From the NCBI GenBank assembly GCA_023957375.1, contig JAMLHB010000003.1:5830-69829 (forward strand): 64,000 nt of DNA, given 5' to 3'. The position numbers were made by a program, and so were the translations under genes. Numbering within the stretch: the stretch's first letter is position 1; every line of letters begins with the position of its first letter. Shown piece after piece: positions 45,223-55,373 of this stretch. Under the pieces are notes generated by a model that saw nothing but the letters and a program-made list of their open reading frames with translations, was not told where the DNA came from and ran no database searches. Source of the stretch: Flavobacteriales bacterium (GTDB lineage Bacteria; Bacteroidota; Bacteroidia; Flavobacteriales_F; PHOS-HE28).

Positions 45223-46577
45223 CCACCCGCGTTCGCCTTTCGCTGCTCTTCGCCAGTTTCTCCATGGTGCTGTTGGTGGGCACCTTGGGCAGCATCTACT
45301 ACTCGCACTCCCGTTCGCGCCAGCACGAATTCTTCGAGCGCTTGCGCACCCAGTGCTTCCGCACCGCCGGACTGCTCAATGAGGTGAAGGCCGCCGACCG
45401 CGACTTGCTGCGCGTGCTTGACCGCAACAGCATCCACCGCATGTATGACGAGAAGGTATTGCTGTTCAACGACCGGGACGAACTCATTTACAGCAGCCTG
45501 GACGACGAGCCCATCCCGTACACCCGCGCCCTGCTGGACAGCATACGCCGCCGCAAGGAACTGCAATGGAGGGATGCGGACGGCGACGAGGTGGTGGGCG
45601 TTCACTACACGGAAAGCAACGCCGACTATGTGGCGCTCGCCTCGGCCTTCGACAAATACGGGCGTATTGAACTGCGAAATTTGCTCAACACCCTGTTCGT
45701 GGCACTGGCACTGGGCTCCCTCTTCATCTTCGGCGCAGGCTACTTCTTCATCGGCTTGGCCTTCCGCCCGCTGGAAAAGCTCAACCACGCCATCGACCAT
45801 ATCGATATACACCGCTTGGACCAACATCTCCCCGTGCGGGGCACCAAGGGTGAAATAGACCGCTTGGCCATGGGATACAACGCCATGCTTGCGCGTCTGA
45901 GGCGGTCATTCGAACTGCAAAAGGCCTTCGTCACCAACGCCAGCCACGAATTGCGCACCCCTTTGGCACGCATGAACGCCTTGGTGGAAGAAGCGTTGGC
46001 CGAACCCCATGCAAGCGCCAGTACCGGAACGACCCTTCAACGCCTGCAAACCGACATTGCCGAGCAAGGCCAACTGATAGACTCGTTGCTACTGCTGGAG
46101 CAATTGCAAAGCGGCATGCCCGTGGCCAAGGAACCGGTACGGCTTGATGAAGCCCTCTTCGCCGCCATTGCCGAGGTGAAGGCCGCGCACCCCGCGTTGC
46201 AAGCCACGGTGGATATCGGCAGTGCGATCAAGTCCGGGGCACAACTCACCGTGGTGATCAATCCCCTATTGTTGCGCACCGCCCTGCGCAACCTGCTCGC
46301 CAATGCCGCGCTTTACGCGTCCGACGCTTCCGTTGCCATCCATCTGCAACCCATGGCCGGCCGCTTGAAGGCGCAATTCGTCAATGCCGGCGCCCGGCCT
46401 TTGCCGGACGACCGGCTGTTCCAACCTTTCTTCCGCCATGCGGAAAACCAGCACGTGCCCGGCAACGGGTTGGGCCTCTCCATTGTGAAGCAGATCGCCG
46501 AGCAGGCCGGAGGCTCCCTCAACTATGCATACAACGATGCGCATCGCTTCACCATCGCACTTCCAGTGGCGGTTTAA
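45219..46577 (+). CDS. Two-TM sensor histidine kinase (CusS/CzcS-like by context)
   Basis: 2 TM helices, HAMP, HisKA (VTNASHELRTPL) and HATPase_c. 4 nt overlap with the response regulator gene. Confidence 0.8.
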   Translation: MTTRVRLSLLFASFSMVLLVGTLGSIYYSHSRSRQHEFFERLRTQCFRTAGLLNEVKAADRDLLRVLDRNSIHRMYDEKVLLFNDRDELIYSSLDDEPIPYTRALLDSIRRRKELQWRDADGDEVVGVHYTESNADYVALASAFDKYGRIELRNLLNTLFVALALGSLFIFGAGYFFIGLAFRPLEKLNHAIDHIDIHRLDQHLPVRGTKGEIDRLAMGYNAMLARLRRSFELQKAFVTNASHELRTPLARMNALVEEALAEPHASASTGTTLQRLQTDIAEQGQLIDSLLLLEQLQSGMPVAKEPVRLDEALFAAIAEVKAAHPALQATVDIGSAIKSGAQLTVVINPLLLRTALRNLLANAALYASDASVAIHLQPMAGRLKAQFVNAGARPLPDDRLFQPFFRHAENQHVPGNGLGLSIVKQIAEQAGGSLNYAYNDAHRFTIALPVAV

Positions 46578-46634
46578 GCAACTTTTAAGCTCACCTCCAA
46601 GGAAGCCTTAAGCCAAAAAGGCGGCCTTTGCACC

Positions 46635-47891
46635 ATGCGGGTCCTTCTGCCGGTGCTGTGCGCCATTCTATTGCCGTGGTTGTCCTTGCAAGCTGAGGAT
46701 ACGTTGCGCGTCACCCTCCGGCAGGCCGACAGCCTATTGGCCGCGCGCTCCTTGGCATTGGTGGCCCAACAGGCGGAGATCGACAAGGCCGAGGCGGAAC
46801 GCATCCAGGCACGCCTCTTCCACAACCCGCAGTTCAGCAGTGAATGGGTGGTGGGCCGCACGGGTGAACCCTTCATTCACGCCGGTGCCGGCGGGCAGAA
46901 GATACTGGCCGTGGAGCAACTCTTCCGCATTGCCGGGCAGCGCTCCTTGGCCGTGCGCGCAGCCGAAAACGGAAAGCGCATCACCGAAGCCCAATATGCC
47001 GAACTGGCCGCGGCACTGCGGCTGAAGCTGCACAGCACCTTGTACCGGCAGTACTATACGCAGCGCAGCGTGGACGCCATTGCCTCGCAACTGCAACTGC
47101 TGAAGCAACTGCAGGAGGCCTACGGCGGACAGTACGACAAGGGCAACGTTTCCCTCAAGCAGGTCACCCGCCTGCGTACCGCCTTCTTCGCGCTGAACGC
47201 CCAACGCATCCAGCTGCTGCGCCAGCTCAACCGGGATCAGCAGGACCTGCGCGCGATGCTTGCCGAGACCGGCACCGTGATCGCCTCCCCCACCGCCGCC
47301 GAGCTGCAGCTGCCCACGGCCATTCCATTGCCACCGGACACATTGGTGTCGATGGCCGTGCAACAGCGCCACGCAGCGGTGGCCGCACAAGCCGCACAGG
47401 AAGCCGCTGCGCTTGACCTCAAACTCCAACGTCGCATGGCCGTGCCCGACCTGGCGCTCGGTGCGCAATACAACCAAGTGGGCGACCTCCATCCGCGGCA
47501 GACCGCCGTTACCATCGGCTTCTCCGTGCCCCTGTTCGACCGAAACCAAGGGCGCATCCGCTGGGCCGAGGCAGCAGGAAAACACGCGGAGGCCACATTG
47601 CGGCAAACACAACTCGATGTGCGCAACGAAGTGCTGTACGCCTTGGAGCACATCCGCGTGCTGCAAGAGCAACTGGATGCCACAAATCCCGGATTGGACG
47701 CGCAATTAGACCAGCTCAGCGAGAGCTTGGTGGACAACTACGTGCGCAACAACATCAAGCTCATCGAATTCACCGACCTCTTCGAATCCTACAACAGCAC
47801 CATCATCGACCTCAACCAGCTGATGGCAGACCTGCAAAACGCCTATGAAGAACTTGAATATGCCACTGGCCGCAACCTGTTCGGGCGCTGA
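46635..47891 (+). CDS. TolC-family outer membrane efflux protein
   Basis: Signal peptide and duplicated OEP helical repeat pattern. Confidence 0.75.
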   Translation: MRVLLPVLCAILLPWLSLQAEDTLRVTLRQADSLLAARSLALVAQQAEIDKAEAERIQARLFHNPQFSSEWVVGRTGEPFIHAGAGGQKILAVEQLFRIAGQRSLAVRAAENGKRITEAQYAELAAALRLKLHSTLYRQYYTQRSVDAIASQLQLLKQLQEAYGGQYDKGNVSLKQVTRLRTAFFALNAQRIQLLRQLNRDQQDLRAMLAETGTVIASPTAAELQLPTAIPLPPDTLVSMAVQQRHAAVAAQAAQEAAALDLKLQRRMAVPDLALGAQYNQVGDLHPRQTAVTIGFSVPLFDRNQGRIRWAEAAGKHAEATLRQTQLDVRNEVLYALEHIRVLQEQLDATNPGLDAQLDQLSESLVDNYVRNNIKLIEFTDLFESYNSTIIDLNQLMADLQNAYEELEYATGRNLFGR

Positions 47892-47946
47892 ACAGGCAGT
47901 GGCGATGGCCCGTGAACAACGCAACACCGCAGCCAACGGCCACGCC

Positions 47947-49026
47947 ATGATCCTCCTTGCCTTTCTTGCGGCGGCCATGCTGTTGGGCGGCTGTGCCCCC
48001 GAGGCCCTCCCCGATGCCGATGCCAACGCCTTCACCCTGAGCGACACCATGTTCGCCCGCATCGGGTTGGACACCGTGCGCATGCTCCCCGTGGAGAACA
48101 GCGTGGAGCTCAATGCCCGCATCGCACCGGACGAGGGGCGTTTGGCACGCGTGTATCCGATCGTGGGCGGCCAAGTGGCCGATGTGCGCGTGGAATTGGG
48201 CGACCATGTGGCCAAGGGCCAAACACTGGCCGTGATCCGCAGCAGCGAAGTGGCCAAGCTGGAACGCAAACTGATCGAGGCGCAAAGCGACATGGAGGTG
48301 GCCGACAAGAACCTCGCCACCAAGCAGGAACTCTTCAACTCGCAGCTACTCAGCGAGCGAAAGCTCGTAGAGGCCCGGTACGACGTGGAAAAAGCGCGCG
48401 CGCGGCTCAAGGACATGCAGGAGGTGTTCTCCATCTACCAGTTCCAGGCAGGCTCGCAGTACATCGTTACCGCGCCCATCAGCGGCTATGTGATCGAGAA
48501 GGACGTGGTGCGCGACGAAACCCTGCCCAGCGACCACCATGAAGCCATTTTCACCATTGCCGAGCTGGGCAGCATCTGGGTACTGGCCGATGTGTATGAA
48601 AGCGACATCGCACGGGTGAAGGAGGGCATGCCCGCCGAGGTATCCACCCTGAGCTACCCCGGCAAGGTGTTCAGCGGCCAAGTGGACAAGATCATGAACA
48701 TGCTGGACCCGCGCACCCGCACCATGCGCATCCGCATTACGCTACCGAATCCCGAAGTGCTGCTGAAACCGGAAATGATCGCCCATGTGCGCCTCACCTA
48801 CCAGGACAACGACACCCTCCCCGCCATTCCCGCCAGCGCCGTGATCAGCGACAACAACCGCGAGCAAGTAATGGTGTTCAAGGACCGCAAGAACATCGAC
48901 ACGCGCCGCATCTCCATTGCCCACAGCTTGGGCGGCACCAGCTGGGTGGCCGGGGGCCTGAAGCCGGGCGAGGTGGTGATCTCCAAGGAACAGCTCTTCA
49001 TCTATGATGCCCTGAACGACCGATGA
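47947..49026 (+). CDS. Efflux RND periplasmic adaptor (MFP/HlyD family) lipoprotein. The start may be 47905.
   Basis: LLGGCAP lipobox, biotinyl/lipoyl-like and beta-barrel motifs. Confidence 0.75.
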   Translation: MILLAFLAAAMLLGGCAPEALPDADANAFTLSDTMFARIGLDTVRMLPVENSVELNARIAPDEGRLARVYPIVGGQVADVRVELGDHVAKGQTLAVIRSSEVAKLERKLIEAQSDMEVADKNLATKQELFNSQLLSERKLVEARYDVEKARARLKDMQEVFSIYQFQAGSQYIVTAPISGYVIEKDVVRDETLPSDHHEAIFTIAELGSIWVLADVYESDIARVKEGMPAEVSTLSYPGKVFSGQVDKIMNMLDPRTRTMRIRITLPNPEVLLKPEMIAHVRLTYQDNDTLPAIPASAVISDNNREQVMVFKDRKNIDTRRISIAHSLGGTSWVAGGLKPGEVVISKEQLFIYDALNDR

Positions 49027-52000
49027 GCTTCATCCGCTCCATCATCTCCTTCTCGCTGAAGAACCGCTTTTTCACCTACTTCTGGGTGGGCGTGCTCATC
49101 ATAGCGGGCGTCATCAGCTTCAGGAACACGCCCATTGATGCGTTCCCGGACGTCACCAACACGCAGATCGTGGTGGTAACCCAGTGGCCCGGCCGCAGCG
49201 CCCAGGAGGTGGAGCTCTTTGTGAGCGTGCCCTTGGAAGTGGCCATGAACAGCGTGCAGCGCAAGACCCACGTGCGCTCCATGAGCATGTTCGGCCTGAG
49301 CGTGATCACGGTGATCTTCGACGACGGCGTGGAGGACTTCTTCGCCCGCCAGCAAGTGAACAACCTGCTCGGAAGCGTGGAACTGCCCGATGGCGTGGAA
49401 CCCGATGTGCAACCGCCCTACGGACCCACCGGCGAGATCTTCCGATACACCCTGCAAAGCAGCAAGCGTGATTCACGCGACCTGCTCACCCTCCAGAACT
49501 GGGTGATCGACCGGCACCTCCGCCAAGTGCCCGGCGTGGCTGATGTGGTGGACTTCGGCGGCCGCGAGAAGATCTACGAGATCGAGGCCGACCCCGGCAG
49601 GCTGATGCAATACGACCTTACCCCCCTGGAAGTGTACGAGGCCGTTACCCACAGCAACGTGAACGTGGGCGGCGACGTGATCGAAAAGAACGGCCAGGCC
49701 TTCGTGGTGCGCGGCATCGGCCTGCTCACCAGCATCGAGGACATCGGGAACATCATCATTGAGGCCCGAGACGGCGTGCCCGTGCTGGTGAAGAACGTGG
49801 CACAGGTGCGCGTGGCCGACTTGCCGCGAGTGGGGCAGGTGGGCCTGAACGGAGACGATGACGTGGTGGAAGGCATCGTGGTGATGCGAAAGGGCGAAAA
49901 CCCCAGCACCGTACTGGCCGCCGTGAAGGAAAAGATCGCCCTGCTGAACGAGCACATCCTGCCGGCGGACGTGAAGATGGTGACCTTCTACGACCGCGAC
50001 AAACTGATGGAATACACCACCGGCACGGTGATGCACAACCTGCTGGAAGGCATCGTGCTGGTCACCCTCATCGTGCTGCTGTTCATGGCCGATTGGCGCA
50101 CCACGGTCATCGTCTCCATCGTCATCCCGCTCTCGCTGCTCTTCGCCTTCCTAATGCTGCGGATGAAAGGCATGAGCGCCAACCTGATCTCCTTGGGCGC
50201 CATCGACTTCGGCATCATCATAGACGGGGCCGTGGTGATGGTGGAGGGCGTCTTCGTGGCGCTGGACAACCTGGCGCGCCGTGTGGGCATGGAGAAGTTC
50301 AACCGCATGGGCAAACTGGGCCTGATCAAGCGCACCAGCACCCGCATGGGCGTGGCCGTCTTCTTCAGCAAGCTCATCATCATCGCCGCGCTGCTGCCCA
50401 TTTTCGCCTTCGAGAAGGTGGAAGGCAAAATGTTCGCCCCGCTCGCCTGGACGCTCGGCTTCGCCTTGGTGGGCGCCCTGATCTTCACCCTCACCTTGGT
50501 GCCCGTGCTGATGGCCGCCCTGCTGAAGAGGAACGTGCGCGAAAAGCACAGCTTCATCGCCCGCTTCTTCGATAAGTGGGCTTTCAAGGGCTTCGAGCGA
50601 ACCTACCGCAGGCCGCGCACGGCACTCTCCGTTTCACTGATCGCACTCGCCCTTTCCCTGGCATCGCTGAACTGGATGGGTACCGAATTCCTGCCTGAAC
50701 TGAATGAAGGCGCCTTGTGGGTGGAAGCCAAGATGCCCATGAGCATGAGCCTGCCGGAAACCGTGAAAATGGTGCATACGCTGCGCGAAACGCTCAACAC
50801 CTTCCCCGAAGTGACCGGCGTGCTGAGCCAGACCGGGCGCAGCAACGACGGCACCGACCCCAGCGGCTTCTACTACGTGCAGATGCAGGTGAACCTGAAG
50901 CCGCTGAAGGAATGGCGAAGGGGGCTGAAGCGCGATGCGCTGATCAATGAAATGGATGCTGAACTGAAGAACTTCCAAGGCATCAACTTCAACTACTCGC
51001 AGCCCATCATCGACAACGTGGCCGAGGCCGTGGCCGGCATGAACGCCAACAACGCGGTGAAGATCTTCGGCCCGGAGCTGCCCGTGCTGGACCCCTTGGC
51101 CGACCTCATCTTCGACCAGATCCACCCTGTGGAGGGCATCAAGGACCCCGGCATCTTGCGCAACGTGGGCCAGCCCGAACTGCAGATCCGCCTGAGCGAT
51201 ACCAAGATGGCTCTCTACGGCGTAAGCACCGCCGACGCACAGGCCGTGATCGAAATGGCCATCGGCGGGAAAACCGCCAACGTGATGTACGAGGGCGAAC
51301 GCAAATTCGACATCCGCGTGCGCTTCCCGCTGGAATACCGCCAAGGCGTGGACGAGATCAAGGCCATCCTGGTGCCCACCTTGGGCGGCAACCACATCGC
51401 CTTGAGCGAGATCGCCACCGTGACCACCACCACAGGGCCCGCCTTCATCTACCGCGACAACAACAACCGCTTCATCGGCGTGAAGTTCACCGTGCGCGAC
51501 CGCGACCTCGGCAGCACCATTGCGGAAGCGCGCGCCAACGTAGACGAACACGTGAAACTGCCGCGCGGATACACCCTCACCTGGACCGGCGAGTTCGAGA
51601 ACCAAGTGCGCGCCACCAAACGCTTGGCCCAAGTGGTGCCCATCAGCCTCGGCATCATCTTCGTGATCCTCTTCATCACCTTCGGCGATGTGCGCAATGC
51701 GGGCCTGGTACTGGTCAACGTGCCCTTCGCCCTCATCGGCGGCATCCTGGCGCTGCACCTCACGGGCATCAACTTCGGCATCAGCGCCGGCGTGGGCTTC
51801 ATCGCGCTCTTCGGCATCTGCGTGCAGAACGGCGTGATCCTCGTGAATGAGTTCAACGAAAACCTCTCGTTGAAAATGGGGCTGGACAACAGCATCATCG
51901 ACGGCGTGAAGAAGCGCATACGCCCGGTGGTGATGACCGCCTTGATGGCCAGCTTGGGCCTCCTTCCTGCTGCCACCAGCACCGGCATCGGCAGCGAGGC

Positions 52001-52127
52001 CCAAAAGCCTTTGGCCGTGGTGATCATCGGCGGGCTGGTCACGGCCACCTTCTTCATCCTGTTGGTGTTCCCGGTCGTGTTCCGCATGTTCCGCGGGCGT
52101 ACGTTGCAGCGCAAAGCCGCGCTGTAG
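49023..52127 (+). CDS. RND efflux permease, CzcA/CusA (HME) family
   Basis: MSFIRSIISFSLKNRFFTYFWVGVLIIAGVISFRNTPIDAFPDVTNTQIVVVTQWPGRSAQEVE is a typical CusA/CzcA N-terminus. 1034 aa with 12 TM helices. Confidence 0.85.
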   Translation: MSFIRSIISFSLKNRFFTYFWVGVLIIAGVISFRNTPIDAFPDVTNTQIVVVTQWPGRSAQEVELFVSVPLEVAMNSVQRKTHVRSMSMFGLSVITVIFDDGVEDFFARQQVNNLLGSVELPDGVEPDVQPPYGPTGEIFRYTLQSSKRDSRDLLTLQNWVIDRHLRQVPGVADVVDFGGREKIYEIEADPGRLMQYDLTPLEVYEAVTHSNVNVGGDVIEKNGQAFVVRGIGLLTSIEDIGNIIIEARDGVPVLVKNVAQVRVADLPRVGQVGLNGDDDVVEGIVVMRKGENPSTVLAAVKEKIALLNEHILPADVKMVTFYDRDKLMEYTTGTVMHNLLEGIVLVTLIVLLFMADWRTTVIVSIVIPLSLLFAFLMLRMKGMSANLISLGAIDFGIIIDGAVVMVEGVFVALDNLARRVGMEKFNRMGKLGLIKRTSTRMGVAVFFSKLIIIAALLPIFAFEKVEGKMFAPLAWTLGFALVGALIFTLTLVPVLMAALLKRNVREKHSFIARFFDKWAFKGFERTYRRPRTALSVSLIALALSLASLNWMGTEFLPELNEGALWVEAKMPMSMSLPETVKMVHTLRETLNTFPEVTGVLSQTGRSNDGTDPSGFYYVQMQVNLKPLKEWRRGLKRDALINEMDAELKNFQGINFNYSQPIIDNVAEAVAGMNANNAVKIFGPELPVLDPLADLIFDQIHPVEGIKDPGILRNVGQPELQIRLSDTKMALYGVSTADAQAVIEMAIGGKTANVMYEGERKFDIRVRFPLEYRQGVDEIKAILVPTLGGNHIALSEIATVTTTTGPAFIYRDNNNRFIGVKFTVRDRDLGSTIAEARANVDEHVKLPRGYTLTWTGEFENQVRATKRLAQVVPISLGIIFVILFITFGDVRNAGLVLVNVPFALIGGILALHLTGINFGISAGVGFIALFGICVQNGVILVNEFNENLSLKMGLDNSIIDGVKKRIRPVVMTALMASLGLLPAATSTGIGSEAQKPLAVVIIGGLVTATFFILLVFPVVFRMFRGRTLQRKAAL

Positions 52128-52271
52128 CAATGCGAGGAGGCGAAACCCGCAGCCCGCAACCGAACAACCCGCAACCCGGCGAGGAGGTACAGGAGGTAAG
52201 CACCTCATCCATACTCCCCACCCCCGCAGTTACCCTCCGCCACGCATCTTTGCATCCCGCAAGTCCTCCTC

Positions 52272-53462
52272 GTGCCCAAGCAGTTCCTGATCATCCAAAC
52301 CGCCTTCCTCGGCGATGCCGTGCTGGCCACCGGCTTGGCGGAGAAGCTGCATGCGTGGTACCCGGATGCCGCCATTGACCTGGTGGTGCGCAAGGGCAAC
52401 GACGGGTTGTTCAAGGGTCATCCCTTCCTGCGCAAGCTGCACGTTTGGGACAAGAGCCAAGGCAAGAACCGCGACCTCTTCCGACTGGTGCACGCATTCC
52501 GCCGCCAGCGGTACGACCATGTGATCAACGCGCAACGCTTCTTCAGCACCGGGCTGATGGCGGTTCTTTCCGGAGGGAAGGAGACGGTTGGTTACGATAA
52601 GAATCCATTGAGCTTGTTCTTCTCGCGCCGGGTGAAGCACGAGATCCCGGATTGGCGCGTGCTGCGCGGAAAGGCCGCCGGCACCGGTGTGCATGAGATG
52701 GACCGGTTGAATGTGCTGATCGAACACCTCACCGATGGAAAAAGGCCGTTGCCAAGGTTGTACCCTTCGGAGGCGGACCGGGCACAGGTGGCAGGGCTAC
52801 TGGGGCCTCAGGGTCCCGAGGCGGAGGCCCTGAGGGAGCAACCTACCCGAACTCCCGCAGGGTCTCTCGGAGAGGACCCTGCGGACATCCCTCCTCAGGG
52901 TCCCGAAGCGGAGACCCTGAGGGAGCGATCGGGGGCGGAGACCCTGAGGGAGCAATCGGGAACGAGGACCCTGAGGGAGCAGCAATACATCACCATCGCA
53001 CCGGCATCGGTGTGGTACACCAAGCAATGGCCCGCAGGGAAATGGATCGAGCTGATCCAGCTGCTGCCACCGGAACAGCGCGTACTACTGATCGGCGCGC
53101 CGGGTGACGTAACGCTGTGTGATCACATCGCTAAGGAAGCCGGGCGCGGAGAAGTGTTGGCCGGCAAACTGAGCCTGTTGGCCACTGCGGCGTTAATGGA
53201 AGGCGCCATCATGAACTACGTGAACGACAGTGCGCCGCTGCACATCGCCAGCGCGATGAATGCGCCGGTGACAGCGATCTTCTGCAGCACGGTGCCCGCT
53301 TTCGGCTTCGGGCCGCTGCGCCCCAACGGGCGGATCGTGCAACGCGAGGAAACCCTCTACTGCCGCCCTTGCGGCCTGCACGGGCACAAGGCATGTCCCG
53401 AGGGGCATTTCAAATGTGCGTTGGAGGTCCTACCAACCCAGCTGGCCGCCCCGATGCCGTAG
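52272..53462 (+). CDS. GT9 glycosyltransferase (LPS heptosyltransferase family) with a ~60 aa in-frame repeat-encoded insertion. Apparent GTG start.
   Basis: FLIIQTAFLGDAVLATGL ... APGDVTLCD ... VNDSAPLHIASAMNAPVTAIF are heptosyltransferase motifs. The inserted segment is LLGPQGPEAEALREQ...TLREQ. Confidence 0.75.
   Translation: MPKQFLIIQTAFLGDAVLATGLAEKLHAWYPDAAIDLVVRKGNDGLFKGHPFLRKLHVWDKSQGKNRDLFRLVHAFRRQRYDHVINAQRFFSTGLMAVLSGGKETVGYDKNPLSLFFSRRVKHEIPDWRVLRGKAAGTGVHEMDRLNVLIEHLTDGKRPLPRLYPSEADRAQVAGLLGPQGPEAEALREQPTRTPAGSLGEDPADIPPQGPEAETLRERSGAETLREQSGTRTLREQQYITIAPASVWYTKQWPAGKWIELIQLLPPEQRVLLIGAPGDVTLCDHIAKEAGRGEVLAGKLSLLATAALMEGAIMNYVNDSAPLHIASAMNAPVTAIFCSTVPAFGFGPLRPNGRIVQREETLYCRPCGLHGHKACPEGHFKCALEVLPTQLAAPMP
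52797..52990. repeat. Array of CCTCAGGGTCCC-GAAG-CGGAGACCCTGAGG palindromes and half-copies, inserted in-frame in the GT9 gene
   Basis: Units at 52806-52840, 52856-52883 and 52892-52923 (perfect 10 bp stem), plus half-units ggagaccctgagggagc x2. Confidence 0.85.
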
Positions 53463-53603
53463 CAGGACACTGGCGAACGGCTGCGAAATCGACTTGGCCG
53501 GATGCAGGTGAACTTTATGCAAGTTCGTATGTTTCAATCCCGATGTACCGCAGCTTTATTGGCGGACGATGCATCCATCCTTATTCAACCAACTTCGATC
53601 ATC

Positions 53604-54215
53604 ATGGCAAAAGAAGAGATCCTCGGGCCCCAGAAATTGGGGCCGCTGACGCCGCTTGTAGGCGAATGGGAAGGGAACGTGGGCATCGACCTCTCCTACC
53701 ACAACAAGGACGATGTGACGACCAAAACCTCCTACTTCGAAAAGGCATGGTTCAAGCCCATTCCCATCCAGGAGAACGGGCAGCAGACCTTGGAAGGATT
53801 GACTTACAAGGACACCGCATGGCGCCATGGTGAAGAAGGCATGGACCCCTTCCATGACGAAATCGGCTTCCTGCTGTGGGACAAGAAGAATGAACAGGTA
53901 CTGCGCACCGTGGTCTTTGGGCGTGGCATTGCCATCCAGGCGGGCGCCACGGCAAAAGCCCGCGACAAGATGATCCACTTCAAGGCCATGCCCGGCGACC
54001 CCAGCTACGGCATCCTGCAGAACAAGTACCTCATGGAGCGCGCACAGCTGATGAGCTTCACCAGCGTGTTCAAGTTCAATGCGGACGGCACCTTCACCCA
54101 CTCATCGGACATTGTGATGAAACTGGCCGCATTGGGTGGCAAGGAGATGCACCACACGGACGTGAACACGCTGCATTTGGTGAAGCGGTACCATCCCGGT
54201 TCCGAGTTCCAATAG
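53604..54215 (+). CDS. Nitrobindin/THAP4-like heme-binding beta-barrel domain protein (DUF1794-like)
   Basis: LVGEWEGNVG motif near the N-terminus. Size and pattern fit the calycin-like fold. Confidence 0.5.
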   Translation: MAKEEILGPQKLGPLTPLVGEWEGNVGIDLSYHNKDDVTTKTSYFEKAWFKPIPIQENGQQTLEGLTYKDTAWRHGEEGMDPFHDEIGFLLWDKKNEQVLRTVVFGRGIAIQAGATAKARDKMIHFKAMPGDPSYGILQNKYLMERAQLMSFTSVFKFNADGTFTHSSDIVMKLAALGGKEMHHTDVNTLHLVKRYHPGSEFQ

Positions 54216-54287
54216 CGCATGGGTGCGCACCATGGCTACCTTGCGCACCTACTGGACGGCACGCAACCGTAAAAAAACAATCCACCA

Positions 54288-54725
54288 ATGAACAGGAAGA
54301 TCCTAGTTATGGCTTTGATCGGGGGGGGCGTGGCCTTCTGCTCCTTCGCATTCCGCCCTGCACCTACCGTACAAGGCGAACATGAAAACAACCTGAAGGT
54401 GCTGCCCAAGGACATCAGCCACGACGAGCTGATGCAGGTGATGCACAGCTTCGAGGTGGCCACGGGCATGAACTGCGGCGACTGCCATGCCAGTTCCGCA
54501 ACCGATCCCAGCAAGATGGATTGGGCCGCAGACACCGAACACAAGCAAACCACCATCGCTATGATGAAGATGGTGGCCGAGATGAACAAGCAATACTTTG
54601 CCGTGGAAGGCAACTTCAAGGACAACTACCTACAGTCGCAATTCGAGGTCACCTGCATCACCTGCCACAATGGGCATGAGGAACCGAGCAACTTGGTGAC
54701 GATCCCGATACCGGTGAAGAGGTGA
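54288..54725 (+). CDS. Small dihaem c-type cytochrome (periplasmic)
   Basis: Signal peptide. Two CxxCH motifs (CGDCH and CITCH). Confidence 0.7.
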   Translation: MNRKILVMALIGGGVAFCSFAFRPAPTVQGEHENNLKVLPKDISHDELMQVMHSFEVATGMNCGDCHASSATDPSKMDWAADTEHKQTTIAMMKMVAEMNKQYFAVEGNFKDNYLQSQFEVTCITCHNGHEEPSNLVTIPIPVKR

Positions 54726-54732
54726 GGGATGG

Positions 54733-54848
54733 ATTGTCAGTTGTCAGTTGTCGGTTGCCAGTTGTCAGTTGTCAGTTGTCCGTTGTCCGTTGTTAGGTGT
54801 TAGACGGTACGTCCGCCTGACAACGGACAACTGGCAACCGACAACTAC
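54733..54848. repeat. Heptamer tandem array with inverted partner between convergent genes
   Basis: gttgtcagttgtcggttgccagttgtcagttgtcagttgtccgttgtccgttgtt ... cctgacaacggacaactggcaaccgacaac. Confidence 0.85.
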
Positions 54849-55285
54849 TCGCCAATATCCTCATTCCACAACTCCGGTTTTGCGGCGATGAAGGCTTCCA
54901 TCATCCGCACGCATTCCGGCAGGTCCAGGTCCACCACTTCCACGCCGTGTTCCTCCATGAACCTACGGGCACCGGGAAAAGTGCGGCTTTCGCCCACAAT
55001 GACCTTGGGGATCTTGAACTGCACGATGGTGCCTGCGCACATATAGCACGGCATCAAGGTGGAATAGATCACCGTGTTGCGGTAGCTGCCGATGCGGCCC
55101 GCATTGTTCAGGCAGTCCATTTCGCCGTGCAGAATGGGGTTGCGCTCCTGCACCCGCTTGTTGCGGCCCGTGGCAATGAGCTTGCCGTCCTTGACCAGCG
55201 CGGAGCCGATGGGAATGCCGCCTTCGGCAAGGCCCTTGCGCGCCTCGTCAATGGCGGCTTGCATGAATTGGTCCATGGTGTACAA
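54845..55285 (-). CDS. Nucleoside/tRNA adenosine deaminase (CDA/TadA family)
   Basis: HGEMDC and PCYMCAG zinc-binding motifs. Confidence 0.75.
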   Translation of the reverse strand: MYTMDQFMQAAIDEARKGLAEGGIPIGSALVKDGKLIATGRNKRVQERNPILHGEMDCLNNAGRIGSYRNTVIYSTLMPCYMCAGTIVQFKIPKVIVGESRTFPGARRFMEEHGVEVVDLDLPECVRMMEAFIAAKPELWNEDIGE

Positions 55286-55373
55286 TTGTTCCGGCCTTGA
55301 ATCCTGCTGCGTTCAGTCAGCAAGTTTACCCTCTTCCAACTATTTCACCCGCCCTATTTTCGCGCCCCGTTCA

